This document shows, piece after piece, positions 1-7,981 of a DNA stretch of 10,586 nucleotides (its first letter is position 1; each line of letters starts with the position of its first letter). The position numbers and the translations under genes are program-made. The notes under the pieces are model-generated. The model was not told the DNA's origin. It did no database searches and saw only the letters and a program-made list of their open reading frames with translations. Origin of the DNA: Candidatus Thorarchaeota archaeon (GTDB lineage: Archaea; Asgardarchaeota; Thorarchaeia; Thorarchaeales; Thorarchaeaceae); NCBI GenBank assembly GCA_048882385.1, contig JBHLRQ010000107.1, positions 1 to 10,586 of the forward strand. Direction: 5' to 3'.

Positions 1-290
1 CCTTCAAAGTTTTCAGCAAGCCAGGAGAGGTGTTTTTCCATAGCTTTAGGAGTTCTACCAAAAGCTTGAATCACAAGTGGATGACCTGTCTTCTCCATCA
101 TTGAAACAGCAGTTTCTATCCATTTTTTTGCTGTCTTCTTGTCAAAGATACCCTCACGAGTATCTTCCATTATAGATTGACCCTTGAAGAAGAGACCACC
201 AATCATGACTGTGGGATTTTCTCCTGGATTGCCACCAATTGAAATCCCTCCGAAATCGAATACTTGTTGTTCTTTCTTGAAGACGAACAT
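1..290 (-). CDS. mtrH: MtrH-family (tetrahydromethanopterin/tetrahydrofolate:corrinoid) methyltransferase, 5' part only, truncated by the window edge
   Basis: Manual translation from ATG at 290-288, open to the edge: MFVFKKEQQVFDFGGISIGGNPGENPTVMIGGLFFKGQSIMEDTREGIFDKKTAKKWIETAVSMMEKTGHPLVIQAFGRTPKAMEKHLSWLAENFE. This follows the MtrH N-terminal pattern MFxFxKEQxVFxxGGxxxGGxPGExPTV...GIFD...TGxP. A GGTGA SD lies 4 nt upstream. Confidence 0.88.
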   Translation of the reverse strand, partial: MFVFKKEQQVFDFGGISIGGNPGENPTVMIGGLFFKGQSIMEDTREGIFDKKTAKKWIETAVSMMEKTGHPLVIQAFGRTPKAMEKHLSWLAENFE

Positions 291-294
291 TCTA

Positions 295-299
295 TCACC
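295..299 (-). promoter_or_regulatory. Shine-Dalgarno GGTGA for mtrH, containing the metF TGA stop (translational coupling)
   Basis: Minus strand reads TG-GTGA-TAGA-ATG: the SD includes the metF stop and sits 4 nt from the mtrH ATG. Confidence 0.7.
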
Positions 300-1227
300 A
301 TACTTTTTTTGGTCGTGGATACAATTCAGCACGCTTGACCAAATCGACTATGCTTTCAGTCCATCCGACACCCATCAAGTGAAGTCCATGGACACCATCA
401 ATATTACTGACATCGTCAATGAGTTCCAATGCGATTTGAATACCTTCCGCTTTCATAGCATCTATCCTCGCGTCTTCATCAAGACCATGCCCTACTTCCT
501 CAAGACGTTTGATTAAGTCACTAGGAACATGAATGCCAGGAACAAATTCATTCAAGAAATTGGCCATCTCTGAGTCTCTCAAAGGAATGATGCCAGCTAA
601 AATGTACAAATCCGAATCAACTTGCTTTAGAAAGGAGTCGAGTCTCTTTGGGTCGAAAATTGCTTGGGTCTGAAAGAACTGAGCTCCAGCCTCTATCTTC
701 TTCTGAGTTCTTTTTACTTGGTCATCCAAAGGATCAACATTTGGATTGATTGTGGCTCCAAGATAGAACTCCGGGACACCTTCTAATTCATCACCTATGA
801 AATCAATTCCATTTGAGAGTCGTTTGGCTAGATGGAGTGATTGTAATGTATCCAAATCATAAACCATCTTTGCAGTTGGATGCGAACCAAAACGAACATG
901 GTCACCAGTCATGAATAAAATATTTCGGACTCCTAATGCGTAGGCTCCATAGAGCTCACTCTGAATGGCAATCTGGTTTCGGTCTCTTGTAGTAATATGT
1001 AAGATTGGCTCGACACCAGCTTGTAAAACAAATTTCGCGCAAACTGTGCTACTCATTGTAGGAACGCCGCGAGCATTGTCTGGAATGTTGATTGCATCGC
1101 AAAAATCAGCAACCATCTCAATACGTTCAATCAATAGAGTGGAATCAGCTCCACGAGGAGCTCCAATCTCACAGGTAACAACAAATTCACCGTTGTCAAG
1201 CATATGTTTGAGACGAGTATCTTGCAG
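295..1227 (-). CDS. metF: 5,10-methylenetetrahydrofolate reductase (MetF family, FAD TIM barrel). Start is ATG 1203 or more probably CTG 1227
   Basis: Motifs VVTCEIGAPRG (catalytic Glu position), DAINIPDN, EPILHITTRDRN, LFMTGD (catalytic Asp), KKIEAGAQFFQTQ, LAGIIPL, VPGIHVP and GLHLM. The frame is open upstream through QDTRLKH to CTG 1227, which has GGAGA 8 nt upstream. Confidence 0.92.
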   Translation of the reverse strand: MQDTRLKHMLDNGEFVVTCEIGAPRGADSTLLIERIEMVADFCDAINIPDNARGVPTMSSTVCAKFVLQAGVEPILHITTRDRNQIAIQSELYGAYALGVRNILFMTGDHVRFGSHPTAKMVYDLDTLQSLHLAKRLSNGIDFIGDELEGVPEFYLGATINPNVDPLDDQVKRTQKKIEAGAQFFQTQAIFDPKRLDSFLKQVDSDLYILAGIIPLRDSEMANFLNEFVPGIHVPSDLIKRLEEVGHGLDEDARIDAMKAEGIQIALELIDDVSNIDGVHGLHLMGVGWTESIVDLVKRAELYPRPKKVW

Positions 1228-1312
1228 TTCAAAAATCTCCAGTAATTCCTGATATGATTGGCTAAACCTCCCCTAAATTGGTTTTGTCTAAAATCAGAAA
1301 CGACTTTTTTAT

Positions 1313-2602
1313 TCAATCAACATCAATCTGACGTAAATTCCCATCTGGGAGCGCTCTAATCAATTTCTGAGCCACTTCGTATCTCAGATTAGCCACGAGC
1401 TGGATATTTTCCTGATTATATGTTTCGCTAACAATATCTCCAGCCTCATGTAGCCAGGATAGAGTTGACATCCCTTCATCGCCATAGGGGAGGAGAATCT
1501 CATATTTTCGAAGGTCAGGCAATTCTTGTGTCACAGATTCTACTAATTGATTGAGATTCGTCTTATGATGTGCAGATATTGGTACAATAACTGAATATGC
1601 TTCAGGAAGTGCTATTCTTCTTTCTTCAATTTCTTCCTCGTTGAGCAAGTCTATTTTGTTGAGAGCAATGATTATCGGAATCCCATTTGCTCCAATTTCA
1701 TTGAAGGTGTCAAGACATGCTTTGACTTTTCGTTCCATCTCAGATATCGGGTCTGAAGCATCAACAACAAGGATGATTACATCAGCATCAGAAACCTCCA
1801 TGAGAGTTGTATTGAAAGCCTGTAAAAGTGAACCAGGAAGATCACTGATGAAACCAACAGAATCGGAAACAATAACACGGCGACCCGGTAAATCTAGTTC
1901 ACTAGCCTTTGTGGAAAGAGTGGTGAATAACTCATCTGCAACTTCAACTTCTGACCCTGTAAGAGCTCGATGGAGTGTGCTTTTCCCTGCATTGGTATAG
2001 CCTGAAAGTATTAGTTCGATGAATCCCTCGTGAATTCGTTTCTTTTTCTTTAGTTTTTGTTCGTTGACAATTTTCTTTAGTTTGTCATTTATAGTCGTAA
2101 GACGACGCCGGATTTCCTTAATTCGAAGATTGAGGAGGTCTTCTCCAGCACCAATCTGTTCTGCAATTGGCCGATCCCCAGTATGCTCTTTTTGAAGGCG
2201 CATCCGAATCTGGTGACGTTCAAAGGGGAGTTCATATCTCAATCTAGCCTGCTCTATCTGGAGTCGAGCTTGTGGAGTCCTTGCATGTTTGTCGAAGATT
2301 TCCAAAATGACCTGAGTTCGGTCGCGTACCTCTGTTTCCCAGAGCTCCATAAGCCTGAAGACTTGCCCGGATGTGAGACCGGGTGAGAACAAGACAAATT
2401 CAGGTTTATTCACTTCTATCCAAGTTTGAATTTCTTGTGCTTTTCCTGATCGTATTCCATACTTAGCCGCAGGAGAACCAACTATGTCGAATGTACCAAT
2501 TACAGTATATTTAGCAGTGGATGCCAAAGCCTCAAACTCACTAAGGAGATTGGGTTCGCGATAACTCCTACGCTGAACAAGTAATGCAGTAGCTTCGACC
2601 AT
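1313..2602 (-). CDS. hflX: Ribosome-associated GTPase HflX
   Basis: N-domain DRTQVILEIFDKHARTPQARLQIEQARLRYELP; G1 GYTNAGKST, G2 LFTTL, G3 DSVGF, G4 NKID, G5 ISA; C-terminal domain present. Confidence 0.96.
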   Translation of the reverse strand: MVEATALLVQRRSYREPNLLSEFEALASTAKYTVIGTFDIVGSPAAKYGIRSGKAQEIQTWIEVNKPEFVLFSPGLTSGQVFRLMELWETEVRDRTQVILEIFDKHARTPQARLQIEQARLRYELPFERHQIRMRLQKEHTGDRPIAEQIGAGEDLLNLRIKEIRRRLTTINDKLKKIVNEQKLKKKKRIHEGFIELILSGYTNAGKSTLHRALTGSEVEVADELFTTLSTKASELDLPGRRVIVSDSVGFISDLPGSLLQAFNTTLMEVSDADVIILVVDASDPISEMERKVKACLDTFNEIGANGIPIIIALNKIDLLNEEEIEERRIALPEAYSVIVPISAHHKTNLNQLVESVTQELPDLRKYEILLPYGDEGMSTLSWLHEAGDIVSETYNQENIQLVANLRYEVAQKLIRALPDGNLRQIDVD

Positions 2603-2625
2603 TGATACATTCGTGGAGAGTTACG

Positions 2626-2640
2626 TCTTAAACGATTTGA
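2626..2640 (-). promoter_or_regulatory. Putative archaeal BRE/TATA promoter of hflX (probably leaderless mRNA)
   Basis: Minus strand TCAAATCG-TTTAAGA, with the TATA-like box 24-30 nt upstream of the ATG at 2602 and no SD in between. Confidence 0.5.
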
Positions 2641-2677
2641 TTTGTGTCTAAAAAGGTCAAAGAGAAAGATTCATGGC

Positions 2678-2684
2678 TATTATC
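2678..2684 (+). promoter_or_regulatory. Weak candidate TATA box for tgtA (leaderless)
   Basis: TATTATC lies 24-30 nt upstream of ATG 2708 and no SD is visible. The match to consensus is weak. Confidence 0.3.
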
Positions 2685-2707
2685 AGGGCTCAACGACTCG
2701 GTTTAGT

Positions 2708-4744
2708 ATGACACAATTTGAGATAAGAGCGAAGGATGGACTTGCGCGCCTTGGTGTATTTCCTACGAAGCATGGAACGGTAAAGACTCCTCTGCTCATG
2801 CCTGTTGTTCATCCTGGAAAGTCAACTATCAGACCACAGGAGCTAGTAAGCAAATATGGATTTCAAATGGTAATTACTAATTCATACATCATAAAATCAC
2901 ATGACCGTTTTAGAGAAGCGGCCCTAGGGAAGGGAGTTCACAATTTACTCGAATTCAATGGTCCAATAATGACTGATTCGGGTACATTTCAGATGTACTT
3001 TCATTCACTCCCAGAGGGTGAAATTGACCCTTTGGAGATTGTCGAGTTTCAAAGATTAATTGGCTCGGATATCGGAACTATCCTTGATGTGTTTTCGGAT
3101 CCAAATGTTGGGAAAACCAAAGTCGAGCAAGATATGAAGCTCTCTTTAGAGCGTGCAAAATCATCTGTAAGTAAGAAGGGAGAGATGATGCTAGCAGGAA
3201 CTGTTCAAGGGGGGTCTTATCCCGACCTACGAGAAACCTCAGCGCGGGGGTTAGCTTCTCTCGACTTTGATGTTCATCCCATAGGTGGAGTAGTTCCTTT
3301 CATGGAGCAATACCGTTTTGCTGACATGGTTCGGGCAACACTTGCTGCTAGGAAACACTTACCCCCAGATAGACCTGTTCATCTTTTTGGTTGTGGGCAC
3401 CCAATGCTTTTCGCACAAGCAGCGTTATTGGGCTGTGACTTCTTTGATTCAGCATCATATGCAAAGTTCGCAGAAGCTGGCCGCATGTTGTTTCCCACGG
3501 GTACAATTCATCTCAAACAACTTATCGAACTTCCTTGTGATTGCCCAGTTTGTAGCAACACAACAGCACAGGAATTCAACGAGCTTGAAAAACCAGAGAA
3601 AGAACTCGCATTAATGAAGCATAACCTGTATGTATCAGCAGCTGAGATGCGTAGAGTTAGACAAGCAATTTCAGAAGGGAAATTGTTCGAGCTTGCGGCT
3701 ACTCGTGCACGAAATCATCCATCTCTTCTAGAAGCATTTAGGGTTATGATGGAATACAGCGAGATGATGGTCGAATCAGATCCTGTAGGAAAGACTTCCT
3801 CCGTATTTTATACGGGACCTGAAACAGTGATGCGTCCTGAGGTTGTGAGTTTTTATCAACGACTTTATGAGCGCTATCCATTTAGGAATACGGACAAAGT
3901 CGTTATTGTTCCGGATAATGCAAACAGACCGTATTCAGAAAGTGCAGGAACAATAATTGATGAAGTACGACGGAGAAAGGTAGAAGATTTTCTCTTATTG
4001 TTCGTAACACCATTAGGTGTAGTTCCTTGGGAACTAGAACACGTTCATCCAGCACAGCAAGGTGTCTTTCCAGAAAAAATAGACCAAAATTCTCTTGACA
4101 TTGTTGAAACCAGGTTGCACAAATTCCTTGACAGTATATCATTTGAGAACTTGTTATGGTTTAGTCGTAATGCTGCTACAAATGTGATTTCGGAATCAAT
4201 CAAGAACATGTGGAAAACTGCCTTTTATGACACATCGTCTTCACTCATACAAGAAATTGGAACAACTTCGGACGATAAACAAGATTGGACTAAGAGGAAA
4301 CTTAAAGCTGTACTCAACTACCAGTGGGGACCAGAAGCTGCAGCATTGACTGATTTAGAGGAGCTCAGTATTGACATCTCTAAAAGTACTGGGAAAATTA
4401 GACATGTAAAATTAGGAAAAGAAATCATTTTCACGCTTGTTCCTACGAATGGATTATTCACTGCAACCTTTGAGGGAGGATTGCAGCTTCTGGACCAGAA
4501 ACTCGATTCAAAATATATTGTCAGAATAGATGACGAAGTTCGCGAATTTGTGGCCAATGGCAAGTCCGCACTTGCCAAGTTTATAGTTCATGCTGACCCG
4601 AGTCTCCGAGCAGGAGAAGAGGTTGTAGTTGTTGATAGCTCAGACACATTACTAGGTCTAGGCAAGGCACTACTAACCGGACCTGAGATGATTGCATTTC
4701 AACGTGGTGTGGCTGTAAACATACGTCACTCAAAGAAGATCTAG
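2708..4744 (+). CDS. tgtA: Archaeosine tRNA-guanine(15) transglycosylase (ArcTGT), unsplit, with C-terminal PUA domain, 678 aa
   Basis: FEIRAKDGLARLG...TPLLMPV start, ITNSYI, MTDSGTFQ, VQGG, HLFG, FFDSASY, Zn site CDCPVC...HNL, and a PUA domain (FVANGKSALAKF...LRAGEEVVVVD...GVAVNIRH). ATG 2708 is preferred over the track's TTG 2642 because TGT similarity begins there. Confidence 0.95.
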   Translation: MTQFEIRAKDGLARLGVFPTKHGTVKTPLLMPVVHPGKSTIRPQELVSKYGFQMVITNSYIIKSHDRFREAALGKGVHNLLEFNGPIMTDSGTFQMYFHSLPEGEIDPLEIVEFQRLIGSDIGTILDVFSDPNVGKTKVEQDMKLSLERAKSSVSKKGEMMLAGTVQGGSYPDLRETSARGLASLDFDVHPIGGVVPFMEQYRFADMVRATLAARKHLPPDRPVHLFGCGHPMLFAQAALLGCDFFDSASYAKFAEAGRMLFPTGTIHLKQLIELPCDCPVCSNTTAQEFNELEKPEKELALMKHNLYVSAAEMRRVRQAISEGKLFELAATRARNHPSLLEAFRVMMEYSEMMVESDPVGKTSSVFYTGPETVMRPEVVSFYQRLYERYPFRNTDKVVIVPDNANRPYSESAGTIIDEVRRRKVEDFLLLFVTPLGVVPWELEHVHPAQQGVFPEKIDQNSLDIVETRLHKFLDSISFENLLWFSRNAATNVISESIKNMWKTAFYDTSSSLIQEIGTTSDDKQDWTKRKLKAVLNYQWGPEAAALTDLEELSIDISKSTGKIRHVKLGKEIIFTLVPTNGLFTATFEGGLQLLDQKLDSKYIVRIDDEVREFVANGKSALAKFIVHADPSLRAGEEVVVVDSSDTLLGLGKALLTGPEMIAFQRGVAVNIRHSKKI

Positions 4745-5892
4745 TTAGAAGACTCTTCTATAGATGCTGAATAGAGAGGATGACCAGGTATTTTTCTCAA
4801 GGCATCAACACCACCCATAGGTAGAACCATCATCTGAGATGTTGGAGAATACAACCGAATCCGCGAACCTTTTTTCACATCAGCCTCAGGAGGCAACAAG
4901 GACACAGCAGATATCTTACCTATGCTGAAATGTACTTCTACATTACTTCCAACAAAGATTACTTGGTTCACCTCACCTGAAATCTCATTATCGCTGCTAC
5001 TTGACGGTTGAACATGTAGGTCTTCTGGGCGAACAGCACATCGGACATGCTCACCAATTTCAAAGGGGTAATTCTCAACAGGAGAGAAACCTTTCACTGA
5101 TTGGCCATCTGGAAGATGAATGGTTAGTTCAGAACCAAGAGATTCTATTTGTCCATCTAGAAACGTACACTTGCCAATGAAATCAGCAACGAATAAAGTC
5201 TGAGGTTTGTCGTAAATCTCACGGGGAGGTGCATATTGTTGAACATATCCAAGATCCATGACAGCGACCATGTCAGAGATACTTAGTGCTTCAATCTGAT
5301 CATGAGTGACATAGACTGTTGTAATACCAAGTTCACCCTGTATCCGAAGAATCTCTTCACGCATCTCGTTCCTAAGCTTGGCATCAAGATTTGAAAGGGG
5401 TTCATCAAGTAGCAATACATCTGGCTCGATTGAAAGTGCCCGGGCAAGTGCAACTCTTTGTTGCTGACCTCCTGAAAGCTGGTGTGGAGTTCTATCTCCA
5501 AGGCCGCCCATTCGTACAAGCTCGAGTGCGTTTTCGACTCTTGACTTAATAGCAGCTTTTGTATACTTCATTCCACTAACACGTTTCAGCTTCAGACCAT
5601 ACGCAATGTTATCGAAAACCGTCATATGTGGCCAGAGCGCATAGTTCTGGAAACACATACCTGTGTTTCTCATATTTGGAGGAATTTCGGTCATCTCTTT
5701 GTCATCAAAGAAAATCTGACCCCTATCTGGGACATAGAACCCAGCGATGAGTCGAAGTAGAGTTGTTTTTCCACAACCTGAAGGTCCAAGCAGGGTAGAA
5801 AGTTTACCGTCCTGTAGGACCATATTGACGTCATCAGTAGCGACGACTTCACCAAATGTTTTTCGCAAGTTCTTGAGTGTTATTTCTACCAT
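4741..5892 (-). CDS. ABC transporter ATP-binding subunit (FbpC/PotA/MalK family, C-terminal TOBE/OB region)
   Basis: Walker A GPSGCGKT, Q-loop FQNYALWPHMTV, signature LSGGQQQR, Walker B LLLDEPLSNLD, H-loop VTHDQ, FVADFIG, VRPE. Confidence 0.95.
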   Translation of the reverse strand: MVEITLKNLRKTFGEVVATDDVNMVLQDGKLSTLLGPSGCGKTTLLRLIAGFYVPDRGQIFFDDKEMTEIPPNMRNTGMCFQNYALWPHMTVFDNIAYGLKLKRVSGMKYTKAAIKSRVENALELVRMGGLGDRTPHQLSGGQQQRVALARALSIEPDVLLLDEPLSNLDAKLRNEMREEILRIQGELGITTVYVTHDQIEALSISDMVAVMDLGYVQQYAPPREIYDKPQTLFVADFIGKCTFLDGQIESLGSELTIHLPDGQSVKGFSPVENYPFEIGEHVRCAVRPEDLHVQPSSSSDNEISGEVNQVIFVGSNVEVHFSIGKISAVSLLPPEADVKKGSRIRLYSPTSQMMVLPMGGVDALRKIPGHPLYSASIEESSN

Positions 5893-5897
5893 CTAAT

Positions 5898-5904
5898 TCA
5901 CCTC
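5898..5904 (-). promoter_or_regulatory. Shine-Dalgarno GAGGTGA for the ABC ATPase, overlapping the permease stop
   Basis: Minus strand TGAGGTGAATTAGATG: TGA stop, then SD, then ATG 5 nt later. Confidence 0.75.
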
Positions 5905-7954
5905 AGATTCCTGTCATGGCGGATGCTCTAGTCTTCAAGATTGCATTGGTTACAGCTATCACGACCATCTGCATTATCATCATGAGTACACCTAGAGCTG
6001 CCGCAGGGCCTATTCCATATATTGGCGGCAATCCAGCGTATGTTTCATTGATCCAGTACGTTAATGGTGCTTGATAGTAATTTGCACCACCGAGTAAAAG
6101 ACTTGTACTGACTTCACTCACACAGTAAACAAATGAGAGAAGTGCTCCAGCTAGAACACTTACACCAATCAGAGGTACAACAATACTTGTGAATGTCTTG
6201 TTTTTGCTAGCTCCAACATTTTGCGCAGCTTCTTCCAGCGCTACTGGTGTCTGCTGCATACCAGCATACGCTGCACGAACTGTAAATGGAAACTTCCTTA
6301 CAAGAAATGACATGACAATGAGAAACATTGGTCCATCTATGGGGAAGAATGGAGTATTATAGAACAATGTGAAGTATCCTGTTGCAATCACAATTCCTGG
6401 CAATGCGATTGGTGATGTCACTAACATATCTAAAGCAGTACGACCGGGTATTTTCCGACGAGAGATGATATATGCCGCAGAAACCCCAAGAAGCACAATT
6501 CCAAATGTCGCTACTGCGGCGTATCCTATTGTTCTTATCAATGCCCCCCGTATATCGCCATTGCCTAATATTGCAAAGTTATCCAATGTCAGCGGCGGTA
6601 AAAGCTCACTAGACCTATACTCTGAAAGCGCGAGAAGTATAACACTAATTTGTGGTATCAATGCAAAGAATAGAACTGGAATGATAATTAAATACATCAG
6701 AATCCAAATCCTTGTAGAAAGAGTCCGAGTCCGTGGATTCCATTGACCTCCCTTGCTTGCAGATGCGTATGCTCTGAGCGAGGCATACTTCCTTATGGCA
6801 AGGAATCCTGACAATGCAAATACAAGCAAGATCATTCCTATTGCAGGACCTAATGGATTGATGTCCCCAGATTCTGCTGTGATGCTGTCAAATACTTGGA
6901 AAGCAAGGGTCTTTTGAGCCTGAAGGTCTTCTGCATAAACTATTGGTGTACCCAGGTCTTCTATACTCAAGATGAAGGTCAGAATAGCTCCAGCTTGAAT
7001 TCCAGGCATTGCCAAGGGAAGCGTTACTGACCGGAATAACTTGAAACCTGTGGCTCCAAGATTCTCAGCTTGTTCTTCGAGAGATGGATCGATACCCATG
7101 AAAGAAGAATATGCATTGAGATAAACTAATGAGAAGAGCGAAAAGCCTTGAACAATGATGATTGCCATTAGACCATGAAACTCAATTCTTGTCCATTCGA
7201 ATCCAAATAATCCAAATCCAGCGGCAGCTAGATTGTTTAGAAAACCATTCGCTCCAAGGAACCACTTGATTCCCATCGCACCAATAAACGGAGTTGAAAG
7301 CATCGGAAACAGCAGGAGAGTTCTGAGAATTCCTTTACCAGGGAATTCATACCTTGCTATTATGAATGCAAATGAGGTTCCGAGAATAACTGAGATAGCT
7401 GTTACTGCAATCGCTACATAGACGGAGTTGAGAATGATTCCAAGATCAATTCCCCAAACCTCAATGTAGCCAGCTCCAGTTGGCCGAATCCAATTGAAGT
7501 CTTGAGGCTGCCACTGTGGTACGTAGGCTGCGTTACTGAAGAGTTGTGTGATGAGATCCAAGGAAACACCAGTTTCCGTAACAAAAGACCCCCAAACAAC
7601 ACTGAGTAAGGGAGCAATTAGAAATAAACCAAAGACAAAAAGAATCGCAGCAAGTTGAATCCAACTTAATGTATCCATCTCTCTCGAGAATTCTTTTGCA
7701 TAGCCACCCAGTCTTTTGATTAGTAATCTTATATTCTGACCGGGATCAAGGAAAAATCTGAATATACGATGGATTCCACGATAAATCCACCTGAGGAATG
7801 AAACAAATTTAGTTCCTAATCCAACGAAGAATCCAATTATTCCAGTCAGACCCGTTGTAAGGATGTCGATGGGAGCAAATGACTCCTCCATATCTTCAGC
7901 GAGATATTCTGTTTCCACTTCAGTATCGAGGTCACTATGCCCCACATCTTTCAC
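5903..7954 (-). CDS. ABC transporter permease with two fused transmembrane domains (FbpB/AfuB/ThiP type) and an N-terminal extension. Start uncertain (GTG 7954 or GTG 7945)
   Basis: Many hydrophobic helices and two EAA loops: DPSLEEQAENLGA...FRSVTLPLAMPG and LEEAAQNVGA...FTSIVVPL. Confidence 0.92.
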   Translation of the reverse strand: MKDVGHSDLDTEVETEYLAEDMEESFAPIDILTTGLTGIIGFFVGLGTKFVSFLRWIYRGIHRIFRFFLDPGQNIRLLIKRLGGYAKEFSREMDTLSWIQLAAILFVFGLFLIAPLLSVVWGSFVTETGVSLDLITQLFSNAAYVPQWQPQDFNWIRPTGAGYIEVWGIDLGIILNSVYVAIAVTAISVILGTSFAFIIARYEFPGKGILRTLLLFPMLSTPFIGAMGIKWFLGANGFLNNLAAAGFGLFGFEWTRIEFHGLMAIIIVQGFSLFSLVYLNAYSSFMGIDPSLEEQAENLGATGFKLFRSVTLPLAMPGIQAGAILTFILSIEDLGTPIVYAEDLQAQKTLAFQVFDSITAESGDINPLGPAIGMILLVFALSGFLAIRKYASLRAYASASKGGQWNPRTRTLSTRIWILMYLIIIPVLFFALIPQISVILLALSEYRSSELLPPLTLDNFAILGNGDIRGALIRTIGYAAVATFGIVLLGVSAAYIISRRKIPGRTALDMLVTSPIALPGIVIATGYFTLFYNTPFFPIDGPMFLIVMSFLVRKFPFTVRAAYAGMQQTPVALEEAAQNVGASKNKTFTSIVVPLIGVSVLAGALLSFVYCVSEVSTSLLLGGANYYQAPLTYWINETYAGLPPIYGIGPAAALGVLMMIMQMVVIAVTNAILKTRASAMTGI

Positions 7955-7981
7955 ATCCTTGTTTGTTGTATACTTCTTGGC

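Noticed and set aside
292-297. Selenocysteine read-through of the metF TGA
   Set aside because: TGA is followed immediately by an in-frame TAG, the protein is already complete, and no SECIS-like element was recognised.
184-516. 110 aa plus-strand ORF
   Set aside because: Antisense to well-supported mtrH and metF, with no recognisable motifs.
1264-1274. Strong SD-like AGGGGAGGT on the minus strand in the hflX-metF spacer
   Set aside because: No ATG, GTG or TTG at a usable distance downstream.
1131-1316. 61 aa minus-strand ORF overlapping the hflX stop and the metF start (possible leader peptide or metV)
   Set aside because: TTG start without an SD, out-of-frame overlap with metF, and no MetV-type Cys cluster.
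2642-2707. 22 aa N-terminal extension of TgtA from TTG 2642
   Set aside because: It lies in the divergent promoter region, and TGT similarity starts at ATG 2708.
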